Part shown: positions 45,273-54,362 of the stretch, one piece after another
Position numbering within the stretch: the stretch's first letter is position 1
How the letters are laid out: the number at the start of each line of letters is the position of its first letter
Assembly (NCBI GenBank): GCA_964640295.1
Contig: CAZXFX010000010.1
Span: 4,360 to 68,359, forward strand
Origin: an uncultured Dehalococcoidia bacterium
GTDB lineage: Bacteria > Chloroflexota > Dehalococcoidia > Lucifugimonadales > UBA1123
Length of the DNA stretch: 64,000 nt
Direction of reading: 5' to 3'
Made by a program: the position numbers and the translations under genes
Notes under the pieces: generated by a model
Databases searched by the model: none
The model's input: only the letters and a program-made list of their open reading frames with translations
What the model was told of the DNA's origin: nothing

Positions 45273-46436
45273 ATGGCAACCGGCCTCTACATAGCCATAG
45301 ACTTCAAGCCAAACCTCGGCGGCATAGCTGAGCATACCCACCAGATGGCGAAGCACCTAACGGAACTGGGTGAACAGATCACAGTAATCACTCCGCAGTT
45401 GCCCGGGAGCGAAGAATTTGACGAAACTTGCAACTATCAGGTGATCAGATATGGATTTATTTCTAAACAATACAGTAAGAGTAAATTCAGATTAAATAGC
45501 CTATTACTATTAAAGGAGATTTTATTATTTATACTAAAGTCAAGACCTTCATACCTCATTTGCGATCGCTGGGATGCAATTACCGGTATAGTCTTATCAT
45601 TGGTCTCCTTGATGTCAGGTCTTCCCTTTTTTCTGTTTGCTCATGGAAATGAGTTTTCTCAGCCGGTGCGTTGGTCAATATTTCGCAAAATAACTGTTAG
45701 GAGAGCTTCTAAAGTTATATGTGTTAGTAATTATATTCGTTCACTAGTACTTATTGATGACAATGATTCACAAAAGGCAATCACTATTTACAGTGGTTTT
45801 GATTATCGAGAGATTGAACAATATCAGAAAGGAAAGTCTCAAAAGAGATTTTCTAGCTCGGATCTGAACTTCCCTGCAAATACTCCTATCATATTAACTG
45901 TAAGCAGACTTCTGATTCGTAAGGGTATAGATCAAGTAATCAAGGCAATGCCCTATATTGTTTCAGAAGTTCCAGAAGCTAAATATGTCATAGTAGGTGA
46001 TGGTCAAGACCGTAAAATTCTGGAGGATATAGCTTCTGAATCTCCAGTTAGAGAAAATATTATGTTTCTTGGTTCCCTTATAGGATATGAAAAATTCAAC
46101 TGGTATGCCCGTTGCGATATTTTCGTTATGCCAAGCCGTTACTATGAAGGCAGTCCGCTGGTGTTTCCTGAAGCAAATGCGTTTGGAAAACCTGTTATAG
46201 GAGGGACATTTGGAGGACAAAGTGATGCTGTTGCAAACGGAAAGACAGGTCTATTGGTGAACCCTTATGATACTGAAGAAATTTCTAAGGCGATTATACG
46301 GTTGCTACAAAATCCTGATGAAGCACATGAACTAGGTAACAATGGCAGACAGCGAATCAGAGATGAACTAAACTGGAATACAAGTGCATCTAACTTTCTT
46401 TCTGTTGTACGTGACACTATAATGGAATTTAAATGA
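45273..46436 (+). CDS. glycosyltransferase family 4
   Basis: GT-B fold. C-terminal EGSPLVFPEANAFGKPVIG (E-x7-E). AT-rich. Confidence 0.8.
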   Translation: MATGLYIAIDFKPNLGGIAEHTHQMAKHLTELGEQITVITPQLPGSEEFDETCNYQVIRYGFISKQYSKSKFRLNSLLLLKEILLFILKSRPSYLICDRWDAITGIVLSLVSLMSGLPFFLFAHGNEFSQPVRWSIFRKITVRRASKVICVSNYIRSLVLIDDNDSQKAITIYSGFDYREIEQYQKGKSQKRFSSSDLNFPANTPIILTVSRLLIRKGIDQVIKAMPYIVSEVPEAKYVIVGDGQDRKILEDIASESPVRENIMFLGSLIGYEKFNWYARCDIFVMPSRYYEGSPLVFPEANAFGKPVIGGTFGGQSDAVANGKTGLLVNPYDTEEISKAIIRLLQNPDEAHELGNNGRQRIRDELNWNTSASNFLSVVRDTIMEFK

Positions 46437-47344
46437 CCACATCTCAAGATCCAAAAGTAAGTATCATCATCCCAACATACAATCGTTCCACGTTGCTTCC
46501 ACGCGCTATCAATAGCGTTCTGAAACAAACCTTTACTAAGTACGAAATAATCATCGTTGACGATCACTCGCAAGATAATACTCCAGGTGTAATAGACTCA
46601 TTCTCTGATCCACGCATCCGCGCAATCAGACATGAACGAAATAAAGGACAGTCAGCGGCGATTAATACAGGAATCTCCAATGCCGAGGGAGAATATATTG
46701 CATTCCTCGACGACGACGATGAATGGCTCCCAAACAAATTGGAAGGTCAGGTGAATATCCTAGACTCTTCTCCACCCAATGTAGCCCTAGTTTACGGATG
46801 GATGGATAGAGTGGAAGATTCTACCAGATGGTTGATGCCTGCCTATCGAAATACTGCTGAGGGAGATATATTTGAAGATGCGTTGGCGCTCAATATCCCT
46901 GGACCAACGATTGTATTGCTAGTAAGAACGTCTGTATCCAGAGATATTGGCGGATTTAATGAGGATCTATCGAGATATAATGATGCGGATTTTATTTGCC
47001 GTCTAGCTCAAAAATATCACGTAGCAGTTCTTCCTGAGATTGTGGCTAAGGCTCATTTCAAGCACGAGCATGAACAAATAGGATATGACACTCCTAGATA
47101 CCTAGCTGACGCGGCTAACTTTCTAAGTATGCACATGAACAGATTCGCCACCGAACTTGATAATTGTCCTCGTGCCCTGGCGACCTTGCGCCGGCGTCTG
47201 GCGATGATTGAGATGAAGCAAGGCAATCCAGGACGGGCTCTTTCGACATTCATATCAGCCTTCCGGCTTGACCCCATAGGGGAGAGTTCAGCAACTTTGA
47301 GAAATTGGCGGTTTGTGATTAATCTATTTGTTAAAATGGTGTGA
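46433..47344 (+). CDS. glycosyltransferase family 2
   Basis: VSIIIPTYNR and FLDDDDEW. 4-nt overlap with the upstream GT4 gene. Confidence 0.85.
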   Translation: MTTSQDPKVSIIIPTYNRSTLLPRAINSVLKQTFTKYEIIIVDDHSQDNTPGVIDSFSDPRIRAIRHERNKGQSAAINTGISNAEGEYIAFLDDDDEWLPNKLEGQVNILDSSPPNVALVYGWMDRVEDSTRWLMPAYRNTAEGDIFEDALALNIPGPTIVLLVRTSVSRDIGGFNEDLSRYNDADFICRLAQKYHVAVLPEIVAKAHFKHEHEQIGYDTPRYLADAANFLSMHMNRFATELDNCPRALATLRRRLAMIEMKQGNPGRALSTFISAFRLDPIGESSATLRNWRFVINLFVKMV

Positions 47345-47379
47345 CATTCAACTAAATAGATGTGGATGGACTATCTTAA

Positions 47380-48348
47380 GTGATTTTCAATATTGAGAAA
47401 CATACTCGTCCAAGAGTTAGTGTGATAATACCTACTTACAATCGTGCATCCTTGCTTTCAAGATCTGTGAGTAGTGTTTTATCACAAACATTTACTGATT
47501 ATGAAATTATCATTGTCAATGATTGCTCTTCAGATTACACTCAGCATGTAATAGACACTTTCTCCGATTCAAGAATTCGATCATTAACACACAATTCAAA
47601 CAAAGGAATATCAGCTACTAGAAATACCGGCATAGCGAATGCCAAGGGAGACTATATCGCTTTCTTAGATGATGACGATGAAATGGCTCCAACGAGATTA
47701 GAGAAATCAGTAAAGCTGCTTGACTCTAAGTCCTCTGAAATTGGATTTGTATCTTGTTGGACAGACATCATAGATGATTCTGATCATACGAAAATGAAAG
47801 GTTCTCGTTTTGCTAAACAAGGTTCTATATTCGTAGAAGCTTTGGAGTTTCAACATATTCCCTGCTCTCTTGTACGCTCTGATACTGTACGCTCGGTCGG
47901 AGGCTTCGACGAACGTATGAAGTACGCAGAAGACAGTTTATTTATGATACAGATAGCTCAGAAATATGACTCAGTCTGCTTAGCAGAAATAGGAATATAC
48001 ATACATCGGTCTCATGGTGGGGGACGGCTTACTGACCCTACTCCGCGTCAATTATTTCACAGAGCATTTTTCTGTAGAATGATAATCTTAGAACTAGATG
48101 ATGAATATAATAAACGCCCTAAAGTTTACGCTTCAGCTCTGCGAAGATTATCTTTCTATGAAATGATGTCGGGACAAGTACTTTTGTCTATAAAAACTTT
48201 CTTATCTGCCATCAGGTTGCATCCATTGAACTGGATAAATCTCAAGCATGCTCTGCTTCTCATGAAAGTATTCCTCTGGTGGGCAACCCCGCTCTCACAC
48301 TTCCGAGACCGCGCCAGATCCATCCGCGATAGAGTACTGCGACGCTAA
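47380..48348 (+). CDS. glycosyltransferase family 2
   Basis: VSVIIPTYNR and FLDDDDEM. Paralogue of 46433..47344. GTG start. Confidence 0.85.
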   Translation: MIFNIEKHTRPRVSVIIPTYNRASLLSRSVSSVLSQTFTDYEIIIVNDCSSDYTQHVIDTFSDSRIRSLTHNSNKGISATRNTGIANAKGDYIAFLDDDDEMAPTRLEKSVKLLDSKSSEIGFVSCWTDIIDDSDHTKMKGSRFAKQGSIFVEALEFQHIPCSLVRSDTVRSVGGFDERMKYAEDSLFMIQIAQKYDSVCLAEIGIYIHRSHGGGRLTDPTPRQLFHRAFFCRMIILELDDEYNKRPKVYASALRRLSFYEMMSGQVLLSIKTFLSAIRLHPLNWINLKHALLLMKVFLWWATPLSHFRDRARSIRDRVLRR

Positions 48349-48404
48349 CTCAGCGTGAACACTTTCAACACCGCTGTACCATCGAAAGGAGCTGCCACAT
48401 ACCC

Positions 48405-48623
48405 ATGAACGACTTCACTCTTGCCAATCAGGAATTTACCGCCAGTGTCTGGCAAGAAGGCGAGTGGTACATAGCCCAGGTGCTGGAAGTTGACGTAGCC
48501 AGCCAAGGGGAGTCCGTCGAGAGTGCGCTAGACAACCTGAGCAAAGTGCTCGAACTCTATTTCGAGGACCCCGTCGCCACCACAATTCCGCAGATTATAT
48601 CGAAAGACAGAACCATTTCCTGA
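48405..48623 (+). CDS. HicB-like (UPF0150) small protein
   Basis: 72 aa. WQEGEWYIAQVLEVDVASQGESVESALDNLSKVLELYFE matches the HicB N-domain pattern. No hicA nearby. Confidence 0.6.
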   Translation: MNDFTLANQEFTASVWQEGEWYIAQVLEVDVASQGESVESALDNLSKVLELYFEDPVATTIPQIISKDRTIS

Positions 48624-49012
48624 TGCTTGACCCTATCGCAGCAAAAGCGTCGTGGCATCTGTCCATGGCGCGCGCTTACCAATCTGACGCCGCTATACTG
48701 ATAGAGCGCGACAGCCCGCACTCCGCCGGAACGCTTCTTTACGAATCAGCCAAGCAGTGCATCAACGCAGTTGCCAACCGTCGCGGTCATGACCCTGTGT
48801 ACACCAGAGAGAAGATGCATTATCTTGGAGTAATCAAGATGTTGTATCCTGACATTCAGGCGGAATTGGAAGACGGATGGCAGGCGTCCATGGCCCTCCA
48901 CATCCACGCTGATCAGGGCAGTCTAACCGAATGCGAATATCACGAAAACTGGCACAAGTCTCAGATGTTCATTGCCGCTATGCTGGAAATATACGAGGGG
49001 GAAGGACAGTGA
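48623..49012 (+). CDS. HEPN-like / PaREP1-like small helical protein
   Basis: 129 aa. Start overlaps the HicB-like stop. Shares a pattern with 11582..12031 (SAGTLLYESAKQCINAVANRRGHDP...). Confidence 0.45.
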   Translation: MLDPIAAKASWHLSMARAYQSDAAILIERDSPHSAGTLLYESAKQCINAVANRRGHDPVYTREKMHYLGVIKMLYPDIQAELEDGWQASMALHIHADQGSLTECEYHENWHKSQMFIAAMLEIYEGEGQ

Positions 49013-49377
49013 CCGCCCAGGTAAAGACGATGATGACGCCTATGGAGTGTATTGAAGGCGCCGAGCGAGAGTACGCCGCCGGCAACGACCGCGAATCGGC
49101 CCGTCTGCTCGCCGACGCCACCGACGCGGTCTTCGACATGCTGGCGAAATCGCGCGGATTAGACCCGTCCGACCACCTCGCCGCGGCCTTGGCGATGGGC
49201 AAGGAGGAAGGCCGACTCTATTACTACAGCGACAAACTTGTCTTCGGAAAAACTCTGCGTCTCCACGCAGAGGTCGGCTTCATGGAAAAGCGCGAATTGT
49301 GGCTGCTGGAATCGCAGCCCATCTTCATCCGCGAGACACTTCGGGAACTGGAAGTGGAAGTCCCCGCGCGCGTCTAA
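49009..49377 (+). CDS. HEPN-like / PaREP1-like small helical protein (second copy)
   Basis: GTG 49009 overlaps the upstream stop (GTGA) and follows GGGGGAAGGA. Segment AGNDRESARLLADATDAVFDMLAKSRGLDPSDH. The ORF track begins at 48931. Confidence 0.4.
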   Translation: MTAQVKTMMTPMECIEGAEREYAAGNDRESARLLADATDAVFDMLAKSRGLDPSDHLAAALAMGKEEGRLYYYSDKLVFGKTLRLHAEVGFMEKRELWLLESQPIFIRETLRELEVEVPARV

Positions 49378-49380
49378 ACC

Positions 49381-50580
49381 ATGAACGTCCTCCACGTCAC
49401 CCCAAGCATGTCCCCCCACTGGGGAGGCCCCGTGGTCGTAGTCTCCCAACTCCTTCCCGCGCTCGCCGGCGAGGGCGCGCGCTGCGAAATACTCACGACC
49501 AGAGGCCACCGGGTCGGAACTAACCCAATCTGCCCGCCGGACATCCCCACCCACGTCTTCGATACCGGACTCCCCGCCCGTATCTGGACAGCCTACTCAA
49601 GAGATCTGGCTCGATTCCTCGACGAGAACATCGCCCGGTTCGACCTCATCCACATCCACGAAATATGGCACTATGGGGGCTTCGCCGCGTCCCGCGCCGC
49701 CCGTAAACGCGGCGTCCCATACATAGTCACCATCCACGGAGAACTGAGCGAATGGAGTCTCCAACACAAGGGATGGAAGAAGTCCCTATACCGAAAAGCG
49801 GTACTCGACAACATTCTGAAAGACGCATCCACTCTTCACGCCATCACCAAAGCCGAGGAAAGCCGTATCTCCGAACTGGGCTATGCAACTCCCGTCATGG
49901 TAGCTCCAAACGGAATAGATCCCACTCCCTTCCAAGAACTGCCCGACCCGTCATCCCTCCTCGACAGATTTCCGCTACTTAAAGGAAAACGGGTCATTCT
50001 ATTCATGGGCCGACTCAACCCCAAAAAAGGCTTGGACATACTCGCCCACAGCTTCTCGACCCTCAAGAGCCAGTTCCCAGATACCGTTCTGCTAATCGTC
50101 GGCCCCGACGAAGAAGGAACGCAACAGAAGATGGAATCCATTCTGCGCTCCCAAGACGCTCTCGACAGCGCCATATTCACAGGAATGCTGACTGGCGAAG
50201 ACAAACTTGCCACCATGTCCTGCGCCGAACTGTTCGCGCTGCCGTCCTACTCCGAAGGCTTCAGCATTGCCATTCTCGAAGCGATGGCCGCGCGCTTGCC
50301 AGTCGTCATTACCGAACAGTGTAACTTCCCTGAAGTGGAAGAATATGGAGCCGGTATAGTCGTGGAAGCAAGTAAAGTCGCGGTTACCGAGGCGATAAGT
50401 AAACTGCTGTCAGACGACAATCTCTGCGCCCGCATGAGCGACAAAGGCAGAACTCTCGTCGCCGAAAGATATACATGGCAGTCCGCCGCGTCCAAGATCG
50501 CAGACTTGTACGGATCCCTTGCAGTTGAGAAAACAGCGAAAGAACCCCGCCTGACGCAGAGCGCCCATCCATGCGAGTAG
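49381..50580 (+). CDS. glycosyltransferase family 4
   Basis: 399 aa. EGFSIAILEAMAARLPVV (E-x7-E). Confidence 0.85.
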   Translation: MNVLHVTPSMSPHWGGPVVVVSQLLPALAGEGARCEILTTRGHRVGTNPICPPDIPTHVFDTGLPARIWTAYSRDLARFLDENIARFDLIHIHEIWHYGGFAASRAARKRGVPYIVTIHGELSEWSLQHKGWKKSLYRKAVLDNILKDASTLHAITKAEESRISELGYATPVMVAPNGIDPTPFQELPDPSSLLDRFPLLKGKRVILFMGRLNPKKGLDILAHSFSTLKSQFPDTVLLIVGPDEEGTQQKMESILRSQDALDSAIFTGMLTGEDKLATMSCAELFALPSYSEGFSIAILEAMAARLPVVITEQCNFPEVEEYGAGIVVEASKVAVTEAISKLLSDDNLCARMSDKGRTLVAERYTWQSAASKIADLYGSLAVEKTAKEPRLTQSAHPCE

Positions 50581-51821
50581 CCCACATAATCGCCTCCTAT
50601 CGCGAAGGCCTCGGTTACGAGGAAAACCACCTCGGCCATTTTCAGACGCTCGCCGGCGCGGACGTCCATCTCCTAACCTCCACCCTGCCTTCCGGCATGT
50701 GGCAGCAGACATCAGACCGCAAACTCTCAGACTCAGGCGACCAGTCAGAGCCGTATCAAGACCGGGGCGTCCGCATCCATCGCCTCAGAGCCGGCTTTCG
50801 CGCTAGAGCCAACTCTCAGGTCATACTGAGTGGTCTCAGCGAAACCCTTCGCCAGATTCGCCCCGAAATCCTGCACATACACGGACCAGTTGGGCTCTTA
50901 TGCGTCCAGTCCCTTCTTGTCGCCCGCTCGCTCGACATCCCCGCCGTAGTGGACAACCACCTCTGCTACTTCAACCTCAGGCCTTACGACCTCAAGAAGC
51001 GCATCTACTACCGCTCCCTATTCCAACGCGGAATTCTACCCCTCTTGGATTCCGTCGTTGGCCGCTACATCCCACTCATGCCCGACAGCGAAGCGGTACT
51101 CCACAACGAACTCGGAATCCCGCATAACCGAATGGCGCACTCCACGCTCGGCGCGGACACGAACACTTTCATCTACAGCGAAGAAGCCAGAGAACGTGTC
51201 AGGCGCGAGTTGAACATCCCGTCCAACGCGCCGGTGATAGCCTTTCTCGGGCGCATAGGCCCCGAAAAGCAAGTGGATGTCCTCGTGTCCGCGTGGAACG
51301 GCCTGGCGGACAAGTTCGACGCGCGTCTCCTGCTCATCGGACCCGCCACTAATGCAATGGAACAAAGTCTTTTGGACCTGGTCGAAGGCCGCCACCGCGA
51401 CAGGCTCACGATCACCGGCCACGTGCCTAACTCCGACTTGCCCGCCCATCTCTCAGCCGCCGACATCGGAGTCTGGCCGGGCGATCCAGGCATCGCCATG
51501 ATAGAGGCGATGTCATGCGGTCTGGCGATAGTGCACACCAACCCGTACTACATCGCCCGCATGGCCGAATACCAAAATGCCGAGCTATTCCCGCGAGGAG
51601 ACGGCGCAGCGCTTTCCAAAGTCCTGTCCGCCATTCTGGAAGACTCAAGCAAGCTATTGCGAATGCGCAGCCAATCCCGGCTGCTGACGGAGTATATATT
51701 TGACTGGCGCAAAGTAGCCGCCCGAGCAAACGCCATCTACGAAGAGGTTCTCTCTGGAAAACCAACCGAATTGCCCGAAATCTGGGAAACCGGCTCTGCG
51801 GACGGTCGAGAGCTAGAGTAG
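50571..51821 (+). CDS. glycosyltransferase family 4/1
   Basis: 416 aa. GT-B C-terminal region PGIAMIEAMSCGLAIV. 10-nt overlap with the upstream GT gene. Confidence 0.75.
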   Translation: MRVAHIIASYREGLGYEENHLGHFQTLAGADVHLLTSTLPSGMWQQTSDRKLSDSGDQSEPYQDRGVRIHRLRAGFRARANSQVILSGLSETLRQIRPEILHIHGPVGLLCVQSLLVARSLDIPAVVDNHLCYFNLRPYDLKKRIYYRSLFQRGILPLLDSVVGRYIPLMPDSEAVLHNELGIPHNRMAHSTLGADTNTFIYSEEARERVRRELNIPSNAPVIAFLGRIGPEKQVDVLVSAWNGLADKFDARLLLIGPATNAMEQSLLDLVEGRHRDRLTITGHVPNSDLPAHLSAADIGVWPGDPGIAMIEAMSCGLAIVHTNPYYIARMAEYQNAELFPRGDGAALSKVLSAILEDSSKLLRMRSQSRLLTEYIFDWRKVAARANAIYEEVLSGKPTELPEIWETGSADGRELE

Positions 51822-51858
51822 GAGTATCCTTTGCGGTTAAGCCCCTGTCCTTGATGGG

Positions 51859-52015
51859 CTCACAAGGGTAGGCAAACGCTCTAACCAACCGAAAAATCCC
51901 TTCCACCTCGATGGGGGAAGGCTAGGATGGGGGTGATCAACCTCAATACCCACCCCTTTCAGACCTTGATGAAGGAAGGCTAGATAGGGGGAGGGCTAGG
52001 ATAGGGGTGATCCAA
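51859..52015 (+). repeat. repeat family R1, full copy plus a degenerate partial tandem unit (copy C)
   Basis: Full unit at 51859-51964. The core is partially reiterated at 51965-52015 (CTTGATGAAGGAAGGCTAGATAGGGGGAGGGCTAGGATAGGGGTGATCC). The element ends 15 nt from the 3' end of tRNA-Ala. Confidence 0.8.
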
Positions 52016-52029
52016 TCATCCCAGAAGAC

Positions 52030-52105
52030 TGGTGGAGCTGGGGGGACTCGAACCCCCTACCTCTTCAATGCCATTGAAGCGCTCTCCCAGATGAGCTACA
52101 GCCCC
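52030..52105 (-). tRNA. tRNA-Ala (anticodon GGC), CCA encoded
   Basis: Folded by hand.
- Acceptor: GGGGCUG/CAGCUCC with the G3:U70 Ala identity pair
- D arm: GCUC-AUCUGGGA-GAGC
- Anticodon arm: CUUCA-AUGGCAU-UGAAG
- T arm: GGGGG-UUCGAGU-CCCCC, then A-CCA

Total length 76 nt. Confidence 0.9.
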
Positions 52106-52241
52106 ACAGTATCGGCGCGAGAAGCGATTCTAAATATAGCAAATCGCCCCGCCGACGCGCAACGCGCGCGCCAACCATCAACCTCCATCAGGTTAGCCAG
52201 CGCAGACGCGCCCCAGAAATTCCCACCTTCACCCCATTCAC

Positions 52242-52979
52242 TCACCCGCGCTCAGCCCTCACTCTTGACCACTCCGCCATCAGATCGTCATTCGGCGGAT
52301 AATACTTGCCGGGCGCGACTCCCTCCGCCCGCACCTTCTCCTTGATATAGTTCTCCGCCCCCTCGTGCTCAACCGCCCACTCCAGAGCCGCCTCCGCCAT
52401 CCAGGACGGCACAACCAGAACGCCGTCATTATCCCCCACCAGCACATCCCCCGGTCTCACCAGCGCACCTCCGCACTGTATCTGGACGTTTTCCTCCGCC
52501 GGAATCGCCGTCGGATTCCCATGAAAACTGCGCGCCTTCGCATATACCCTCAACCCATAGTCCTCATCCAGCATCACGTCCAGGTCCCGAATCGCGCCGT
52601 CAATCACAACCCCGTCCGCCCCGTTCATCGCCAACTGAAGCAGCTTTACGTCTCCCGCGACCACATCCTGCCGCGACCCCATTATGTCCGCCACCAGAAC
52701 GTCCCCCGGTCCGCAGCGTCCCATCGCCACATACTCGACCGAGTTCTCACCCGGCGCCCTTTCGCCCGCGATATCCGGGCGCGTCGGCAAAAACCTCAGC
52801 GTCCGCGCCCGCGCCGCCATCCTCGCCTTGCCGGGAGTAAAGTTCACCAGTCCTTCGCACACGTTCAGAGGCGACCCCATCGCGCGAACCGCGTTATACA
52901 CCGTCGCCGTCGGTATGCTCGTGAGTCCATCCAGTACCTCCTGCGAAACTTCCACAGGATTCATGTCCAGCGTAGCCAT
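52242..52979 (-). CDS. RraA family protein / 4-hydroxy-4-methyl-2-oxoglutarate aldolase-like
   Basis: GDVLVAD...[24 protein letters not shown] pattern. I chose ATG 52979 because AAGGAGAG precedes it; the ORF track extends to 53048. Confidence 0.8.
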
Positions 52980-53131
52980 GCTCTCTCCTTTGCCCATTCT
53001 CAGGCCGCAATCGGCATTGATGATATGAATCGCCGACCGCGCTGTCAAATTCCCTCCACTTGCCCATGAGTTGCCCCTGGTCTATCATTCGGATCATATT
53101 CGAAATGACCCCGCCATCCGAGGAGGAGCTT

Positions 53132-54319
53132 ATGATAACCAAATTCGACAGCCTATACGCAGGCCACGTGGACATGGATGATGTCGGCTACGCGGGAACG
53201 GCGGTCAACGACCGGCATTTCGACAACGACCATCTCGTCACCGCCTTCGACAAAGCCGCCAACATCGCCAAGACGATGGACCGGCTCGGCTACGACACCT
53301 TCTGGATGGCCGAACACCACTTCCAGCCCGAAGGCTACGAGTGCATCCCCAACCTGCTCATGATCGCCGTCCATCTCGCCCACCTGACCGAGAAGCTGAA
53401 GATTGGATGCGGCTTCAACATCGCCCCGATGTGGCACCCGCTACGGCTCGCCGAAGACTACGCCACAGCCGACATTCTCACGAACGGGCGGACCATATTC
53501 GGAGTCGGACGCGGATATCACACCCGCGAAGTGGACACTTTCGGCTCTCCCCTTCTCGACCAGGAAGCGAATCGCAACCTGTTCGAAGAGCAGGTTGACA
53601 TCATCTTCCGCTCGTTCAACGAAGAGTCGTTCTCCCACCACGGCGAGTACTACACCATCCCGCCCGAAGTGCCGTACAGAGGCTACACGCTCAAGGAAAT
53701 CACGCTCGTCCCCCGACCCGTAAACCTTCCAGTCGAATGCTGGCAGCCCATACAGAGCGCGACTCCGCGCGCCCTCGACTTCATGGCCAAGCACGGCATC
53801 AAGGGCATGATTGGCGGCGGAGTGGCGGAAGGCGGAGCCATGCACAGGGTGATCGAGGCGTACAGAGACGCCAACGCCCGCAGAGGCCGCGATCTGGCGC
53901 TGGGCGAAAATCTCTCCATCGGATTCCACTTCTACATCGCCGACACGAAAGAGGAGGCGATAGAGGCCGCCGCCGGCTACTACGAAGAAAACCTCAAGAT
54001 GTTCGGACCGCTTCGCCTCGTGCGCTCGCTGAGCGACGATCAGATAGACGCCATGGCCGACCCGGCTCGCGCTCCGACCGCCGACCTGCCTCGCATAGAA
54101 GACGCCGTAAACACAGGCGGATTCCTGGCGGGACCGCCCGAACTGATCATAGAGCAGCTCAAGAAACTCGAGAGCGCCTACCCCGGACTGAACAGAGTCG
54201 GCGTAAGCCATCCCGTCGGCACGCCCGAGTCCGTCATCGTAGAGCAGCTCCAAATGTTCGCCGAAGAAGTAATGCCCGAGTTCTCCAGCACCGAAGTCGA
54301 AGCCGCCGCCGGCAACTAG
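53132..54319 (+). CDS. LLM-class (luciferase-like) flavin-dependent oxidoreductase
   Basis: FWMAEHHF and GRTIFGVGRGY motifs. ATG 53132 is preceded by GGAGGAG. Confidence 0.85.
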   Translation: MITKFDSLYAGHVDMDDVGYAGTAVNDRHFDNDHLVTAFDKAANIAKTMDRLGYDTFWMAEHHFQPEGYECIPNLLMIAVHLAHLTEKLKIGCGFNIAPMWHPLRLAEDYATADILTNGRTIFGVGRGYHTREVDTFGSPLLDQEANRNLFEEQVDIIFRSFNEESFSHHGEYYTIPPEVPYRGYTLKEITLVPRPVNLPVECWQPIQSATPRALDFMAKHGIKGMIGGGVAEGGAMHRVIEAYRDANARRGRDLALGENLSIGFHFYIADTKEEAIEAAAGYYEENLKMFGPLRLVRSLSDDQIDAMADPARAPTADLPRIEDAVNTGGFLAGPPELIIEQLKKLESAYPGLNRVGVSHPVGTPESVIVEQLQMFAEEVMPEFSSTEVEAAAGN

Positions 54320-54362
54320 GAATAGAGTATGCGGGGCGGCTATCAGTCGCCCCGCGATGTCC

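Noticed and set aside
52007-52345. 112-aa plus-strand ORF spanning the tRNA-Ala locus.
   Set aside because: It runs antisense through a well-folded tRNA and then into the RraA-like gene on the opposite strand. It is spurious.
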